Below, piece by piece: positions 36,283 through 44,970 of a stretch of DNA of 53,348 nucleotides. Each line of letters opens with the position of its first letter. Position 1 is the first letter of the stretch. A program made the position numbers and the translations under genes. Source of the stretch: Minisyncoccia bacterium (GTDB taxonomy: Bacteria > Patescibacteriota > Minisyncoccia > Phycocordibacterales > JAKFXT01); assembly GCA_041485465.1 (NCBI GenBank), contig JBGPJO010000005.1, positions 1-53,348 on the forward strand, given 5' to 3'. The notes beneath the pieces are model-generated. The model saw only the letters and a program-made list of their open reading frames with translations, was not told the origin of the DNA and made no database searches.

Positions 36283-36899
36283 TTTCCGCCCTTCTCTTCT
36301 TGAAGAGACTGCATTGCCTCCTCAAGAATTTGCGGCAACTGTCGTTCGAAAATTGGGATGGCCGCCTCAGCAAGTTTTTTCGCTCCGCCGATTTGGAGGC
36401 GACGAATGTTTGCACTCGTCGAAGTCGTCGCTTGTGGCGGCAAAACTTGAACGCGGCCGCAAAATTCTCTGAGCGCCTCAAGTTCTTTGGGGGTGTATGC
36501 TTTGGTACTTGAAGATTTGATCAGAACGTCGGGATGGACTTTCTTGATGAGCGACCATTTTGGGTGATCATTCTCCTTTATGGTAACCACATCAACACAT
36601 CTGAAACCACGCAGAAGAGCGATTCGCTCATCCTGTGGAATAACCGGACGATCTGGTCCTTTTCGCCGGCGAGTCTTTTCATCAGAATCCATGCCGACAA
36701 TAAGAAGATCCCCTTCGTTGCTTGCCGCTTCGAGATAGAAAAGGTGCCCGACGTGAATCATGTCGTAAGTACCGTCGGTCATTACGATCTTCAAACCGAG
36801 TTTTCGGTTGACTTCAACGTAATTCTCAAGCTGGCTGAAATCAGGAATGAAATGAGCAATTTTTTTTGAGTTCTCCCGAAGTATTGGCCTTTCCATCAT
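36279..36899 (-). CDS. Cytidylyl/adenylyltransferase-family protein (RfaE domain II / TagD-like)
   Basis: MTDGTYDMIHVGHLFYLEAASNEGDLLIVGMDSDEKTRRRKGPDRPVIPQDERIALLRGFRCVDVV, which includes the (T/H)xGH nucleotidyltransferase motif. Confidence 0.8.
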   Translation of the reverse strand: MMERPILRENSKKIAHFIPDFSQLENYVEVNRKLGLKIVMTDGTYDMIHVGHLFYLEAASNEGDLLIVGMDSDEKTRRRKGPDRPVIPQDERIALLRGFRCVDVVTIKENDHPKWSLIKKVHPDVLIKSSSTKAYTPKELEALREFCGRVQVLPPQATTSTSANIRRLQIGGAKKLAEAAIPIFERQLPQILEEAMQSLQEEKGGK

Positions 36900-36945
36900 T
36901 TCTCACCATGTGTTAGAGGACGGTCTTCGGGAAAACTAGCACGGA

Positions 36946-36986
36946 TAACAAAAATAATCGCCTTCACGGGCGATTATTTTTGTTAT
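36946..36986 (-). terminator. 18-bp perfect hairpin immediately downstream of rplK
   Basis: ATAACAAAAATAATCGCC ttcacg GGCGATTATTTTTGTTAT, 19 nt after the rplK stop. Confidence 0.6.
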
Positions 36987-37004
36987 CTTATAAAACCTCG
37001 ATTT

Positions 37005-37430
37005 TTAGCCTTTAACGTCAATGCCCATTGAGCGGGCGGTGCCGGCGATGATTTTGATAGCTTGTTCGATATCGGAAGCGTTCAAATCCGCCATTTTCTT
37101 CTCGGCGATTTCCTTAAGCTGTGCTTTAGTGACCGATCCAATTTTTTTGGTATTTGGTTTTCCCGATCCGCTTTCCTGCTTTACCGCCTTAAGAAGGAGG
37201 TCGGATGCAGGCGGCGTCTTCAAAATAAAACTATAGGTGCGGTCTTCATAGACCGATATTTCAACCGGAACGATATTGCCAAGCATTGATTGGGTCGCGG
37301 CATTGAATTTACTGACAAAGTCTCCGATATTGATGCCTGCGGGACCAAGCGCGGTGCCAACCGGTGGCGCAGGCGTTGCTTTGCCTGCGGGAATCTGGAG
37401 TTTTAATTTTTTAGTGATTTTTTTCGCCAT
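37005..37430 (-). CDS. rplK: 50S ribosomal protein uL11
   Basis: [34 protein letters not shown]... is canonical L11. Confidence 0.95.
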   Translation of the reverse strand: MAKKITKKLKLQIPAGKATPAPPVGTALGPAGINIGDFVSKFNAATQSMLGNIVPVEISVYEDRTYSFILKTPPASDLLLKAVKQESGSGKPNTKKIGSVTKAQLKEIAEKKMADLNASDIEQAIKIIAGTARSMGIDVKG

Positions 37431-37449
37431 AAAGAAATTTCAGACTACC

Positions 37450-37995
37450 TTAGATTTTGTGGACCTGCAAGAAATCGAGTTCAACCGGGGTCTCACGGCC
37501 AAACATTGAAACGAGCACTTTAATTTTACCGCGCTCCTCGTCAACTTCGGATACTTTGCCTTCAAGCTCCTTAAACGGTCCGTCGGTAATCGTTACCGCG
37601 TCGTTCACTTCAAGGTTGGTGGTGTGCTTCACGGTATCGGCGTTCATTCGCTTAAAGAGATCGGTAACCTCGGCTTCTGAAAGCGGTACCGGCTGGACTC
37701 CTGAACCTACGAAACCGGTCACCCGGGGAGTGTTTCTCACCATAAACCATGAGTCGTCGGTCACAACCATATCGACAAGCACGTAGCCCGGGTAAATTTT
37801 TTCCTCTTCTTCAACACGCTTTCCCGCTTTCACTTTTATTTTCTTCTCCGTCGGCACCACCACGTTAAAAATCTTTTCACTCATCCCGAGCGACTCAATG
37901 CGCTGCTTCAAATTGCGCACTACGGCGTTTTCGTACCCCGCGTATGTATGAATAGCGTACCAGTGGCGCCCTTCGCCCTGCAGTTGCTTTGCCAT
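37450..37995 (-). CDS. nusG: Transcription termination/antitermination factor NusG
   Basis: [17 protein letters not shown] domain and a C-terminal KOW ([35 protein letters not shown]). Confidence 0.95.
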   Translation of the reverse strand: MAKQLQGEGRHWYAIHTYAGYENAVVRNLKQRIESLGMSEKIFNVVVPTEKKIKVKAGKRVEEEEKIYPGYVLVDMVVTDDSWFMVRNTPRVTGFVGSGVQPVPLSEAEVTDLFKRMNADTVKHTTNLEVNDAVTITDGPFKELEGKVSEVDEERGKIKVLVSMFGRETPVELDFLQVHKI

Positions 37996-37999
37996 ATGC

Positions 38000-38182
38000 T
38001 TACTTGACGATAAATTTACTTAAAATAAATCCAAAAATAAAATCGAAGACGCCCAAATATGCCGCGGTCATGAGCGAGGCGACAATAACGACAATCGTGT
38101 AGGAGAGAATCTGCCTTCTCGTCGGCCAACTGACATGTTTCATCTCCGCTCTCGTTTCTTTCAGATATTCTTGAAGGCCCAT
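38000..38182 (-). CDS. secE: Preprotein translocase subunit SecE
   Basis: 60 aa with a single TM span, [12 protein letters not shown], and a position upstream of nusG. Confidence 0.85.
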   Translation of the reverse strand: MGLQEYLKETRAEMKHVSWPTRRQILSYTIVVIVASLMTAAYLGVFDFIFGFILSKFIVK

Positions 38183-38262
38183 AAATCTTAATTTGGTTTT
38201 CCTTTATTAAAAATCGCCCCGAGGGGCTTAATAAACATAATACGCTTATTGAGAAATCTGTC

Positions 38263-38300
38263 AAATAAGAAAGGCCCGCGAATCTTTCGATTCGCGGGCC
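38263..38300 (-). terminator. Intrinsic terminator
   Basis: The minus strand reads GGCCCGCGAATC gaaa GATTCGCGGGCC TTTCTTATTT. Confidence 0.7.
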
Positions 38301-38317
38301 CTGAGTGTGTGCCGTTT

Positions 38318-39055
38318 TCACTGTGCCGCTTTGACCAGGGCGCAGGCTATAGCCCCTCGCTGAGCATCCGGATTTCTCTTTCTCACTTTGGCGAGCTTCG
38401 CCTGAGTCCTTAGGCGAGTCGCGTCGATGAAAGCGGGATTCTTGCCGCCGAAGCCTTTGGGCTGGGGCAACTTCTTTTCGACCCAGGCGGGAAGATTGGA
38501 AATGGCATGGAGCCTTTTTGCAACCTTCTTCATGTCCTGCGGGTCGCCAGTTTTGCCGGCAACATCGAGAAGTTGATTTACCAGCCAAAAGTCGGCTTTC
38601 CCGAAGCCAACTTTCGCCGACTTCTCGATTTGCCTTAGGCCGGCCTCAATCAAGTTTTCGACGAGGAACGGCACAATTGTGCGGTGAGGACACTTCGCAA
38701 GGAAAGTGCCGATCAGCTCACTGTCGAAGCTTCGCGGATCATTGCCGATTTCCTCGGCAACCGTGACCCAAGCAACTACCGTGCCGCCACCCGGGGCAGT
38801 TTCGAATGCCCATTGGATGCGTCCGAGTTCATGATCTCGGTAAGAACGAGTCCCGCTGTTCCATGAGGACTGCTTTGGATCGGCGTGCTGAGGAACAATC
38901 CGGGTCTCCACTTCTTGATTCTGAGTCCGCACATCATCAGAGGTTTCTTTCGGCGCAGGCTCCTGAGTACTGATTTGGTGGAGCGAGCGAGACGGTTTAT
39001 TCATCAGCCTTTGAAGACGCGCCAGCCGATCAGGCTTGAGTTTCAAGTACGACAT
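38318..39055 (-). CDS. Hypothetical protein (orphan, GC-richer than its neighbours)
   Basis: 245-aa ORF with balanced composition and its own terminator. The overlapping track ORF 38016-38588 is Arg/Ser-rich and is judged spurious. Confidence 0.6.
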   Translation of the reverse strand: MSYLKLKPDRLARLQRLMNKPSRSLHQISTQEPAPKETSDDVRTQNQEVETRIVPQHADPKQSSWNSGTRSYRDHELGRIQWAFETAPGGGTVVAWVTVAEEIGNDPRSFDSELIGTFLAKCPHRTIVPFLVENLIEAGLRQIEKSAKVGFGKADFWLVNQLLDVAGKTGDPQDMKKVAKRLHAISNLPAWVEKKLPQPKGFGGKNPAFIDATRLRTQAKLAKVRKRNPDAQRGAIACALVKAAQ

Positions 39056-39219
39056 TTTATGCCCCTCTCATTTCAAAAAAAACGGAATTGCCGAATGGCA
39101 ATCCAAACCAAAGAAATGATAGCATATAATATATTAAAAGTCAAGTTCATTCGGGCTTCTGACGATAAAAGCAAAAACCCCCTTGCATGGCGGTTTTTGC
39201 TTGATTCGGCTTGAATTCT

Positions 39220-40035
39220 TTAGCGAATCTCGTAGGTGATCGAGACATTCGAGACAATCCGAGTTTCGCCCGGGGGAACGGCGGCCGATGGGGTTGCGCC
39301 ACCGACACCACTGTCAGCACTCTTTAAACCGATCTGATTGTAGTAGATCGGCGGATAACTCCCGGATTCAGAGAAATTCGTGACACGGACGATAGAGACG
39401 CCGAGTTCTTTCGCAAGTTCGAGAGCCTTGGCTTTTGCCTTATCAATTGCTTGCGAACGCGCCTGTGCCTGAAGTTGATCCTCCTTATCAATCGTGAAAT
39501 TAAGACCGCTCAAGTTCATTACGCCAACCGCGCCGATTCCGGAGAGGAGATCACCCGCCTTAGCGAGATCTCTCACTTTAACTTCAATCGTTTCAGAAAC
39601 TTTATAGCCGTCGATCGTCGGCTCCCCTTGTGGCGGACACCCGTACTGCGGACAGATAGTCGGATAATTGTACTTATAGTTCGGGTAGATCTGATAGGAG
39701 GTGGTTTTTATATCCTTTTCATCGATTCCGTTCTTTTTCAAAAAGTCGAGCGCCGCGTTTACTTTTTTGTCGGTAGCCTTCTCAGCATCCGCAACCACTT
39801 TTGCCTGCTCTTCAATCGTAAACGAGAATGTCGCCGTGTCGGGTTTCGCAAAAGCTTCGCCTTCGCCTGAGACAGTAATTGTATTTTGCGCCGAGATGTC
39901 CCGCCCGATGTAGGAGGATTGTTTAAGCTCGTTTAAACTTTTCGCGCCTATAAAAATAATACCGACAACCGCAAGCCAAAACAGGGCTTTGGTGAGTTTT
40001 TTCGACTGCCACATGCTTTCTGCTGAATCGTTCAT
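39220..40035 (-). CDS. SIMPL-domain (DUF541) secreted or membrane-anchored protein
   Basis: N-terminal TM span, then ITVSGEGEAFAKPDTATFSFTIEE...ALDFLKKNGIDEKDIKTTSYQIYP, typical of SIMPL/DUF541. Confidence 0.82.
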   Translation of the reverse strand: MNDSAESMWQSKKLTKALFWLAVVGIIFIGAKSLNELKQSSYIGRDISAQNTITVSGEGEAFAKPDTATFSFTIEEQAKVVADAEKATDKKVNAALDFLKKNGIDEKDIKTTSYQIYPNYKYNYPTICPQYGCPPQGEPTIDGYKVSETIEVKVRDLAKAGDLLSGIGAVGVMNLSGLNFTIDKEDQLQAQARSQAIDKAKAKALELAKELGVSIVRVTNFSESGSYPPIYYNQIGLKSADSGVGGATPSAAVPPGETRIVSNVSITYEIR

Positions 40036-40157
40036 AAAAATATATCTATTAATTTCACTATTTTAATACTTCATAATCATAACAAAGTAAAAGAGTTTGT
40101 CTTTCTTTGCGTTATCGAGGCTGATTTTTTAGCTTTCATCGCGGCTACTTTCTTACG

Positions 40158-40796
40158 TCATACGGTTTTAGTGAGGAGAAGCTTCATGACTTCAGCATCC
40201 TCAACTTGGGGAAAATCCTCGTAATAAGCCCCGACCGCGCCACGATAGTTCCGATCAATGATAAGAGCGACAAGTTCGTCGACTTCTCTTTGAAGAAGAC
40301 GGGCGATATCTGAAGATATTACCGGCACGGCGATGATGATTCTTTTGGGCTTCTTTTTCCTGATGAGCCTCAGTGCAAGTAAAATAGAAAAGCCGGTCGC
40401 AACTCCGTCATCAACAATAATCGCCGTTTTCCCTGCGGCTGATAGGAGAGAGCGCCCTTGGAGATATTTTTCTCTTCTTCTTTTTGCCTCTCCCTGTTCT
40501 TTTTCCTTTTCACGGGCAAGCCATGATTGATCAACGGCGAGAAACTCTTTTTCATTCCCCCAAAAATCACCTTCCTCAGAAATGACGCCGATTGCGTATT
40601 CAGGTGAAGCGGGATGGCCAATTTTTCTCGTGATGATGAGATCAAGGGGAGCGTGGAGCGCTTTTGCTATTTCAAAACCAAGCACCACTCCCCCGCGCGG
40701 TAAAGCGTATACCACTGCTTCTCCTTCAAAATTTCTTTCTTTAAGTTTTTCGGCGAGCAATCTACCCGCTTCTTCTCGGTTTTTAAAAAAATCCAT
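40158..40796 (-). CDS. Phosphoribosyltransferase-family protein
   Basis: VVYALPRGGVVLG and the PRPP loop TAIIVDDGVATGFS. Confidence 0.85.
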   Translation of the reverse strand: MDFFKNREEAGRLLAEKLKERNFEGEAVVYALPRGGVVLGFEIAKALHAPLDLIITRKIGHPASPEYAIGVISEEGDFWGNEKEFLAVDQSWLAREKEKEQGEAKRRREKYLQGRSLLSAAGKTAIIVDDGVATGFSILLALRLIRKKKPKRIIIAVPVISSDIARLLQREVDELVALIIDRNYRGAVGAYYEDFPQVEDAEVMKLLLTKTV

Positions 40797-40813
40797 TATA
40801 TTTTTATGTGTAC

Positions 40814-41218
40814 TTATAGTGACCCCTTTTTAAATAACCGCTCCTGAAGTTCCTGTGAAAAATACCAAAGAAATCCGAGCTGAATTGTGGGAGTAAGACC
40901 AACAGAAAGGAGCGGGATGATAGGCATATACGCATTGTAGGCCCACCTGCCGGTTGAGAGCGCGTACCATTCAATCAAAACAGCAATGATAATACCGATG
41001 AGTATCATTAGCCCCTTCCTTTTTCTAAAAAAAGAAATGTAGAAAAATAAAAACGACATTAGTATGATAATCGCCGCATCCCAAAGCGATGCCCTGAAAA
41101 GAATAAATTCCGTAATCGGCGCTCCTTTGTAATTGCTATACAGATACGAATGGAGATTTTCCCAAATAAAATTGAGAGCCAGAGCAAGCAGAAATATAAA
41201 AGTTAATCGTCTTGTCAT
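40814..41218 (-). CDS. Hypothetical integral membrane protein
   Basis: 134 aa with about 4 TM spans. It overlaps the purD stop by 4 nt. Confidence 0.7.
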   Translation of the reverse strand: MTRRLTFIFLLALALNFIWENLHSYLYSNYKGAPITEFILFRASLWDAAIIILMSFLFFYISFFRKRKGLMILIGIIIAVLIEWYALSTGRWAYNAYMPIIPLLSVGLTPTIQLGFLWYFSQELQERLFKKGSL

Positions 41219-42471
41219 ACTTTCCCTATATCTTTCCTATAATACACGTTCTTAAAATTTATTTTCTTGACTTCTTTGTATGCTTTTTTAAGCGCTCCCT
41301 TTAAATTTTTATCGCGGGAAGTAATCCCCAATACCCGTCCGCCGTTCGTAATGATCTTTCTGCCCTTCTTCTCTGTGCTTGCGTGAAATACAATCGCCCC
41401 CTTTTGGACGGAAGATGAGTTTTTTATCTCAAGGCCACTTTTATAAAATCCGGGGTAACCTTTTGATGCCAAGACAACGCAGCATGCGGAATCCTTTGAC
41501 CAGCGAATCGGAATCTTTGAAAGCTTGCCGTTTACGCAGCTTAAAAAAATGTCGGTTAGATCGGATTCAAGAAGGAGCATATAGACTTGCGTTTCAGGAT
41601 CACCGAATCGCGCGTTGAATTCGATAACTTTAGGACCTTCTTTCGTCAATATAATGCCAGGATACATGACTCCAGTGAATGGCGAGCCGCGTTTCCTTAA
41701 TCCGCGCATGGCAGGAAGGATTATTTTTTCCATAATTAAAGAAAGTTCTTTCTTCGAAACAGAGGGGACAGGAGAAATTGCTCCCATGCCTCCCGTGTTT
41801 GGTCCTTTGTTTTTATCGAAAACTCGTTTGTAATCTTTTGATGGAGGAAAAAGGACGGCAGTTTTGCCATCGCAAAATGCGTGAATCGAGATCTCTTTAC
41901 CCTTCAAATATTCTTCAATCACAACCCTCCTTCCCGCTTTTCCAAATATTTTCTTCAAAAAAATATTTCTAAGAACTTTTGCGGCTTCTTTCCTCTGTCC
42001 GACAATAGCCACCCCTTTCCCTAAGGCAAGGCCGTCAGCCTTTATGACAAGAGGAAATTTTTGCCTGTTTGTATACGCAAGAGCTTTTTTAAAATCAGAA
42101 AAAGCAGTATACGAAGCTGTCGGCATTCTTTCCTCTAGCATAAAACGTTTGGCAAAAATTTTTGACCACTCGATTTTTGCCGCCGCTTTCGTGGGTCCAA
42201 AGACCTTTATTTTGCGAGCCTTAAGATAATCGACCAATCCATGAGCCAAAAGATCATCCGGACCGATAACCACTAAATTAATTTTCTTCTTTTTTATAAA
42301 AGAAAGAAGCCTTGGTCTATTCGCCCTAAAAGCAGCGGAAATATTTTCTCCGATCTCGGCCGTACCCGCATTCCCCGGTGCAAAAAAGAGTTTTTTAACT
42401 TTAGACGACTGTCTTAATTTCCAACCGATAGCATGCTCGCGCCCGCCGCCTCCCATAACGAGAACATTCAT
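41215..42471 (-). CDS. purD: Phosphoribosylamine-glycine ligase
   Basis: MNVLVMGGGGREHAIGWKL N-terminus and ATP-grasp blocks (VIKADGLALGKGV, FNARFGDPETQ). Confidence 0.93.
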   Translation of the reverse strand: MNVLVMGGGGREHAIGWKLRQSSKVKKLFFAPGNAGTAEIGENISAAFRANRPRLLSFIKKKKINLVVIGPDDLLAHGLVDYLKARKIKVFGPTKAAAKIEWSKIFAKRFMLEERMPTASYTAFSDFKKALAYTNRQKFPLVIKADGLALGKGVAIVGQRKEAAKVLRNIFLKKIFGKAGRRVVIEEYLKGKEISIHAFCDGKTAVLFPPSKDYKRVFDKNKGPNTGGMGAISPVPSVSKKELSLIMEKIILPAMRGLRKRGSPFTGVMYPGIILTKEGPKVIEFNARFGDPETQVYMLLLESDLTDIFLSCVNGKLSKIPIRWSKDSACCVVLASKGYPGFYKSGLEIKNSSSVQKGAIVFHASTEKKGRKIITNGGRVLGITSRDKNLKGALKKAYKEVKKINFKNVYYRKDIGKV

Positions 42472-42508
42472 AAATCAATTGTATCTCGATTAAGAGTGGC
42501 TGGAAATT

Positions 42509-42832
42509 TTATTGGCTCGGTTGAGGAGCATCGGCTTGGGGTGTGGAAGTTGAAGGATCGGAGAGTGTGACGGGAGTGCTATCGACGCTTGGGGTTTGAG
42601 TGTTTTGCTGTGGGTCTGTCGATGTCGATGTGTCGGCAGGGGCAGATTGATCGGGAGAAGATGTGGCATCGAGAGCACCCGAAGATTGAGTTCCCTGATC
42701 ACTTTGGGGAGGTGTTGAAGAAGCGTCAATGGTGGCAGGAGAGGAACGTAGAGAAACCTGTTCATTTCCTGTTGATTTCCTGTGAATTTCCTGTAGATAG
42801 AGCACCCGTCCTACGACTTTCTTTTTTGTCAA
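42509..42832 (-). CDS. Doubtful ORF: Ser/Thr/Pro/Gln/Asp-rich low-complexity protein
   Basis: There is only a TTG start, which is part of a TTGACA hexamer, and no SD. Two frames stay open because the strand is G-poor. This may be non-coding. Confidence 0.25.
   Translation of the reverse strand: MTKKKVVGRVLYLQEIHRKSTGNEQVSLRSSPATIDASSTPPQSDQGTQSSGALDATSSPDQSAPADTSTSTDPQQNTQTPSVDSTPVTLSDPSTSTPQADAPQPSQ
42754..42797. repeat. Four tandem 11-bp direct repeats
   Basis: The plus strand reads AAACCTGTTCA TTTCCTGTTGA TTTCCTGTGAA TTTCCTGTAGA. On the minus strand the unit is TnnACAGGAAA. Confidence 0.9.
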
Positions 42833-42862
42833 AAGTCTTGTGAAAATTTTTCGCGATTTTCC

Positions 42863-42897
42863 AAAAGAAAAAGTCGGTCGCCTTAGGCGGCCGACTC
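42863..42897 (-). terminator. Intrinsic terminator after purM
   Basis: The minus strand reads AGTCGGCCGCC taa GGCGACCGACT TTTTCTTTT. Confidence 0.7.
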
Positions 42898-42915
42898 GTG
42901 ATTTTTCAGAACTTT

Positions 42916-44040
42916 TTATCGAACCTGGAGTGTCTCCTCCGAGTATTCGAGATTTTTCGGTGTAATGACAACTTTCTTTTTGCCCTTCTCGATGTGGCCG
43001 GCCAAGAGGGCGTTGAGATGGAGAGACTTCGCCACCTTAAGAACCATTTCGACGTCGCATTCAGGAACAAAAAGTGCAAATCCTGCTCCCATGTTGAAGT
43101 TGCCATATGCTTCCCTATCGTCAACCGGTCCGTGCTTTTGGATAAAGTCGAAGATGGGAAGCTGTGTCGGAAGGCGATCGATGATGTAGGTGAAGGGTTC
43201 TCGCGCCCGCATCAATTTGCGCCAGCCGTGCCCGGTGATGTTCACGCCGTAGTGAATGTCAACGCCAGAGTCGAGACAGTCCTCGATCAACCCGACATAA
43301 ATATGCGTCGGGTCGAGAAGCGTCTCGCCGTAGGTTCGCCCATCAGAGAGCTTCGTGAGATAGCCGTCCGGCAATCTGCTTGCAATTTTCCGCGCAAGCG
43401 TAAGCCCGTTCGCATGGGGACCGGAACTCTCGGCGAGAATGATTGCGTCGCCGTCGGCGATGTTGATCGGATTGATGAGTTGCTCCTTCGGCGTAATCCA
43501 GCCCCAGGCTGAACCTGATAGGTCCGAGGTTTTTGGAATAATGATGTCTTTGAGAGCGGGTGTTTCTCCGGGCCCCCAGCAACACCGGGCAAGCTCGCAT
43601 GCTTTTCGTGTTCCCTCGACGAGATCGCGAGAACGCTTCTCATCGGCGAACCACTCCGAACTCCCCACAGCAACGTATTGACCAGAAGCAACCGGCAGTG
43701 CGCCGAGCGTGATCATGTCATTGACCACCATGGCGACATTGCACTGCGCCACGTGGTCGTAATACGACTTGCCAGTGAGGGATTCCATGTCGTGTGAGAG
43801 TTCATACATCGCATCGGCAATCAGATTTTTGGTGCCGAGGCCCTCGACAACGAAACCGATATATCCCCACGGTGTTTCAATGAGAAAGACGCTTTCGCCG
43901 CGAGTCCACTCGACGACCGAAAACCCGAAGCGTTCGACGAAATGGTCTGTCGTAGCTGCCGCTCTTTGCGCCGCGCGCTTGAATGGATCAAGAGCGTCGT
44001 AATTAACGCCAGCGTCAGCGTATGTCATTGACTGGGACAT
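42916..44040 (-). CDS. purM: Phosphoribosylformylglycinamidine cyclo-ligase (AIR synthase, PurM-like, divergent)
   Basis: YADAGVNYD, VEGLGTKNL, VNDMITLGA, ESSGPHANGLTLARK, LLDPTHIY and FNMGAGF line up with PurM blocks. The ATG at 44040 follows GAAGAGGTG. Confidence 0.78.
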   Translation of the reverse strand: MSQSMTYADAGVNYDALDPFKRAAQRAAATTDHFVERFGFSVVEWTRGESVFLIETPWGYIGFVVEGLGTKNLIADAMYELSHDMESLTGKSYYDHVAQCNVAMVVNDMITLGALPVASGQYVAVGSSEWFADEKRSRDLVEGTRKACELARCCWGPGETPALKDIIIPKTSDLSGSAWGWITPKEQLINPINIADGDAIILAESSGPHANGLTLARKIASRLPDGYLTKLSDGRTYGETLLDPTHIYVGLIEDCLDSGVDIHYGVNITGHGWRKLMRAREPFTYIIDRLPTQLPIFDFIQKHGPVDDREAYGNFNMGAGFALFVPECDVEMVLKVAKSLHLNALLAGHIEKGKKKVVITPKNLEYSEETLQVR

Positions 44041-44205
44041 GTGCACCTCTTCTTCCTTGAGTTTGTCAAAGACTGTTCTGCCCCGATACTTACACAAAAC
44101 AAAAAATAATCAAAACTCCGGGAATGAATTTGCCATATCTCTCTTTTTATAGCAATCTATTGACCAGATTTGTTATCGCATTGATTTAATCGACTAGGAG
44201 GACTC

Positions 44206-44793
44206 ATGCCCACCATGGTTCGCAAACTCGACCGAGATGAAGAGCACGAAACTCTGCGCGATTTGTTCAAAGGCCCATACCTTGAGGGTGAGTGTTATGC
44301 CTTCGCTATAGCGCTCCACCAAGGACTCGGCTGGCCGATGCTCGGCCTTATGAATAAAGAAGTGGTCCGGCATGTCGCCGTGCGAAGCCCGGATGGAAAA
44401 CTTTTTGACGCTCGCGGCTTCGTTTTAGAGGAGCAATTCGGGCGGCCGTTTAGCTTCGCTCCGCCATACGATCTTAGCGAAGTTACCTTGGAAGATCTTG
44501 TCCGCAAGGGCGAATCCAACGAAACACGGGCGCACTCAGTTCGGAGCGCACGAAGAGTGGCCGAGCTCCTCTGGCCAGAGCTTCCATGGAAAGACAGTCT
44601 TGCGTTAAGAGCATACGCTTTCGCCAATGAACTCGAAGCGCTCAGCCGCAAGCACAAGTTCTGGATCAGAGCACCGGTGCCGGCAGATCCTCCCGTGCTT
44701 GCCGTAGGCGAGGATGACGAGGGCGGGTACGAACTATGCCCCACCATGGACGGCTTTGCCTTCACCATCAATCGCTATTTCCCTTCTCACTGA
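44206..44793 (+). CDS. Hypothetical protein (orphan)
   Basis: 195 aa. The ATG is preceded by AGGAGGA and a strong terminator follows. I recognise no motif. Confidence 0.7.
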   Translation: MPTMVRKLDRDEEHETLRDLFKGPYLEGECYAFAIALHQGLGWPMLGLMNKEVVRHVAVRSPDGKLFDARGFVLEEQFGRPFSFAPPYDLSEVTLEDLVRKGESNETRAHSVRSARRVAELLWPELPWKDSLALRAYAFANELEALSRKHKFWIRAPVPADPPVLAVGEDDEGGYELCPTMDGFAFTINRYFPSH

Positions 44794-44815
44794 GTCCGAA
44801 AAAACGTTTAGGCGT

Positions 44816-44852
44816 GAGGGTCGATCCAACAGGATCGACCCTCTTTTATTTT
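44816..44852 (+). terminator. Intrinsic terminator
   Basis: GAGGGTCGATCC aaca GGATCGACCCTC TTTTATTTT. Confidence 0.75.
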
Positions 44853-44880
44853 AAAAAAATATTATTGAGTAAAATCTCTG

Positions 44881-44953
44881 GGTGCCTACAGGGAATTGAA
44901 CCCTGATCGAGAGCTCCACAAGCTCCAGTGTTAACCGTTACACCATAGGCACC
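44881..44953 (-). tRNA. tRNA-His (GTG) with an encoded G-1
   Basis: Hand fold: G-1, acceptor GTGCCTA/TAGGCAC, anticodon arm GGAGC-TTGTGGA-GCTCT, T-arm CAGGG-TTCAATT-CCCTG, discriminator C. CCA is not fully encoded. Confidence 0.9.
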
Positions 44954-44970
44954 ATCAATCGCTTTATATT

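Noticed and set aside
38016-38588. 190-aa minus-strand ORF spanning secE, the terminator and part of the orphan gene
   Set aside because: It reads across a strong terminator and the secE gene out of frame. It has a highly Arg/Ser/Cys-rich composition, and the secE and 38318-39055 frames explain the region better.
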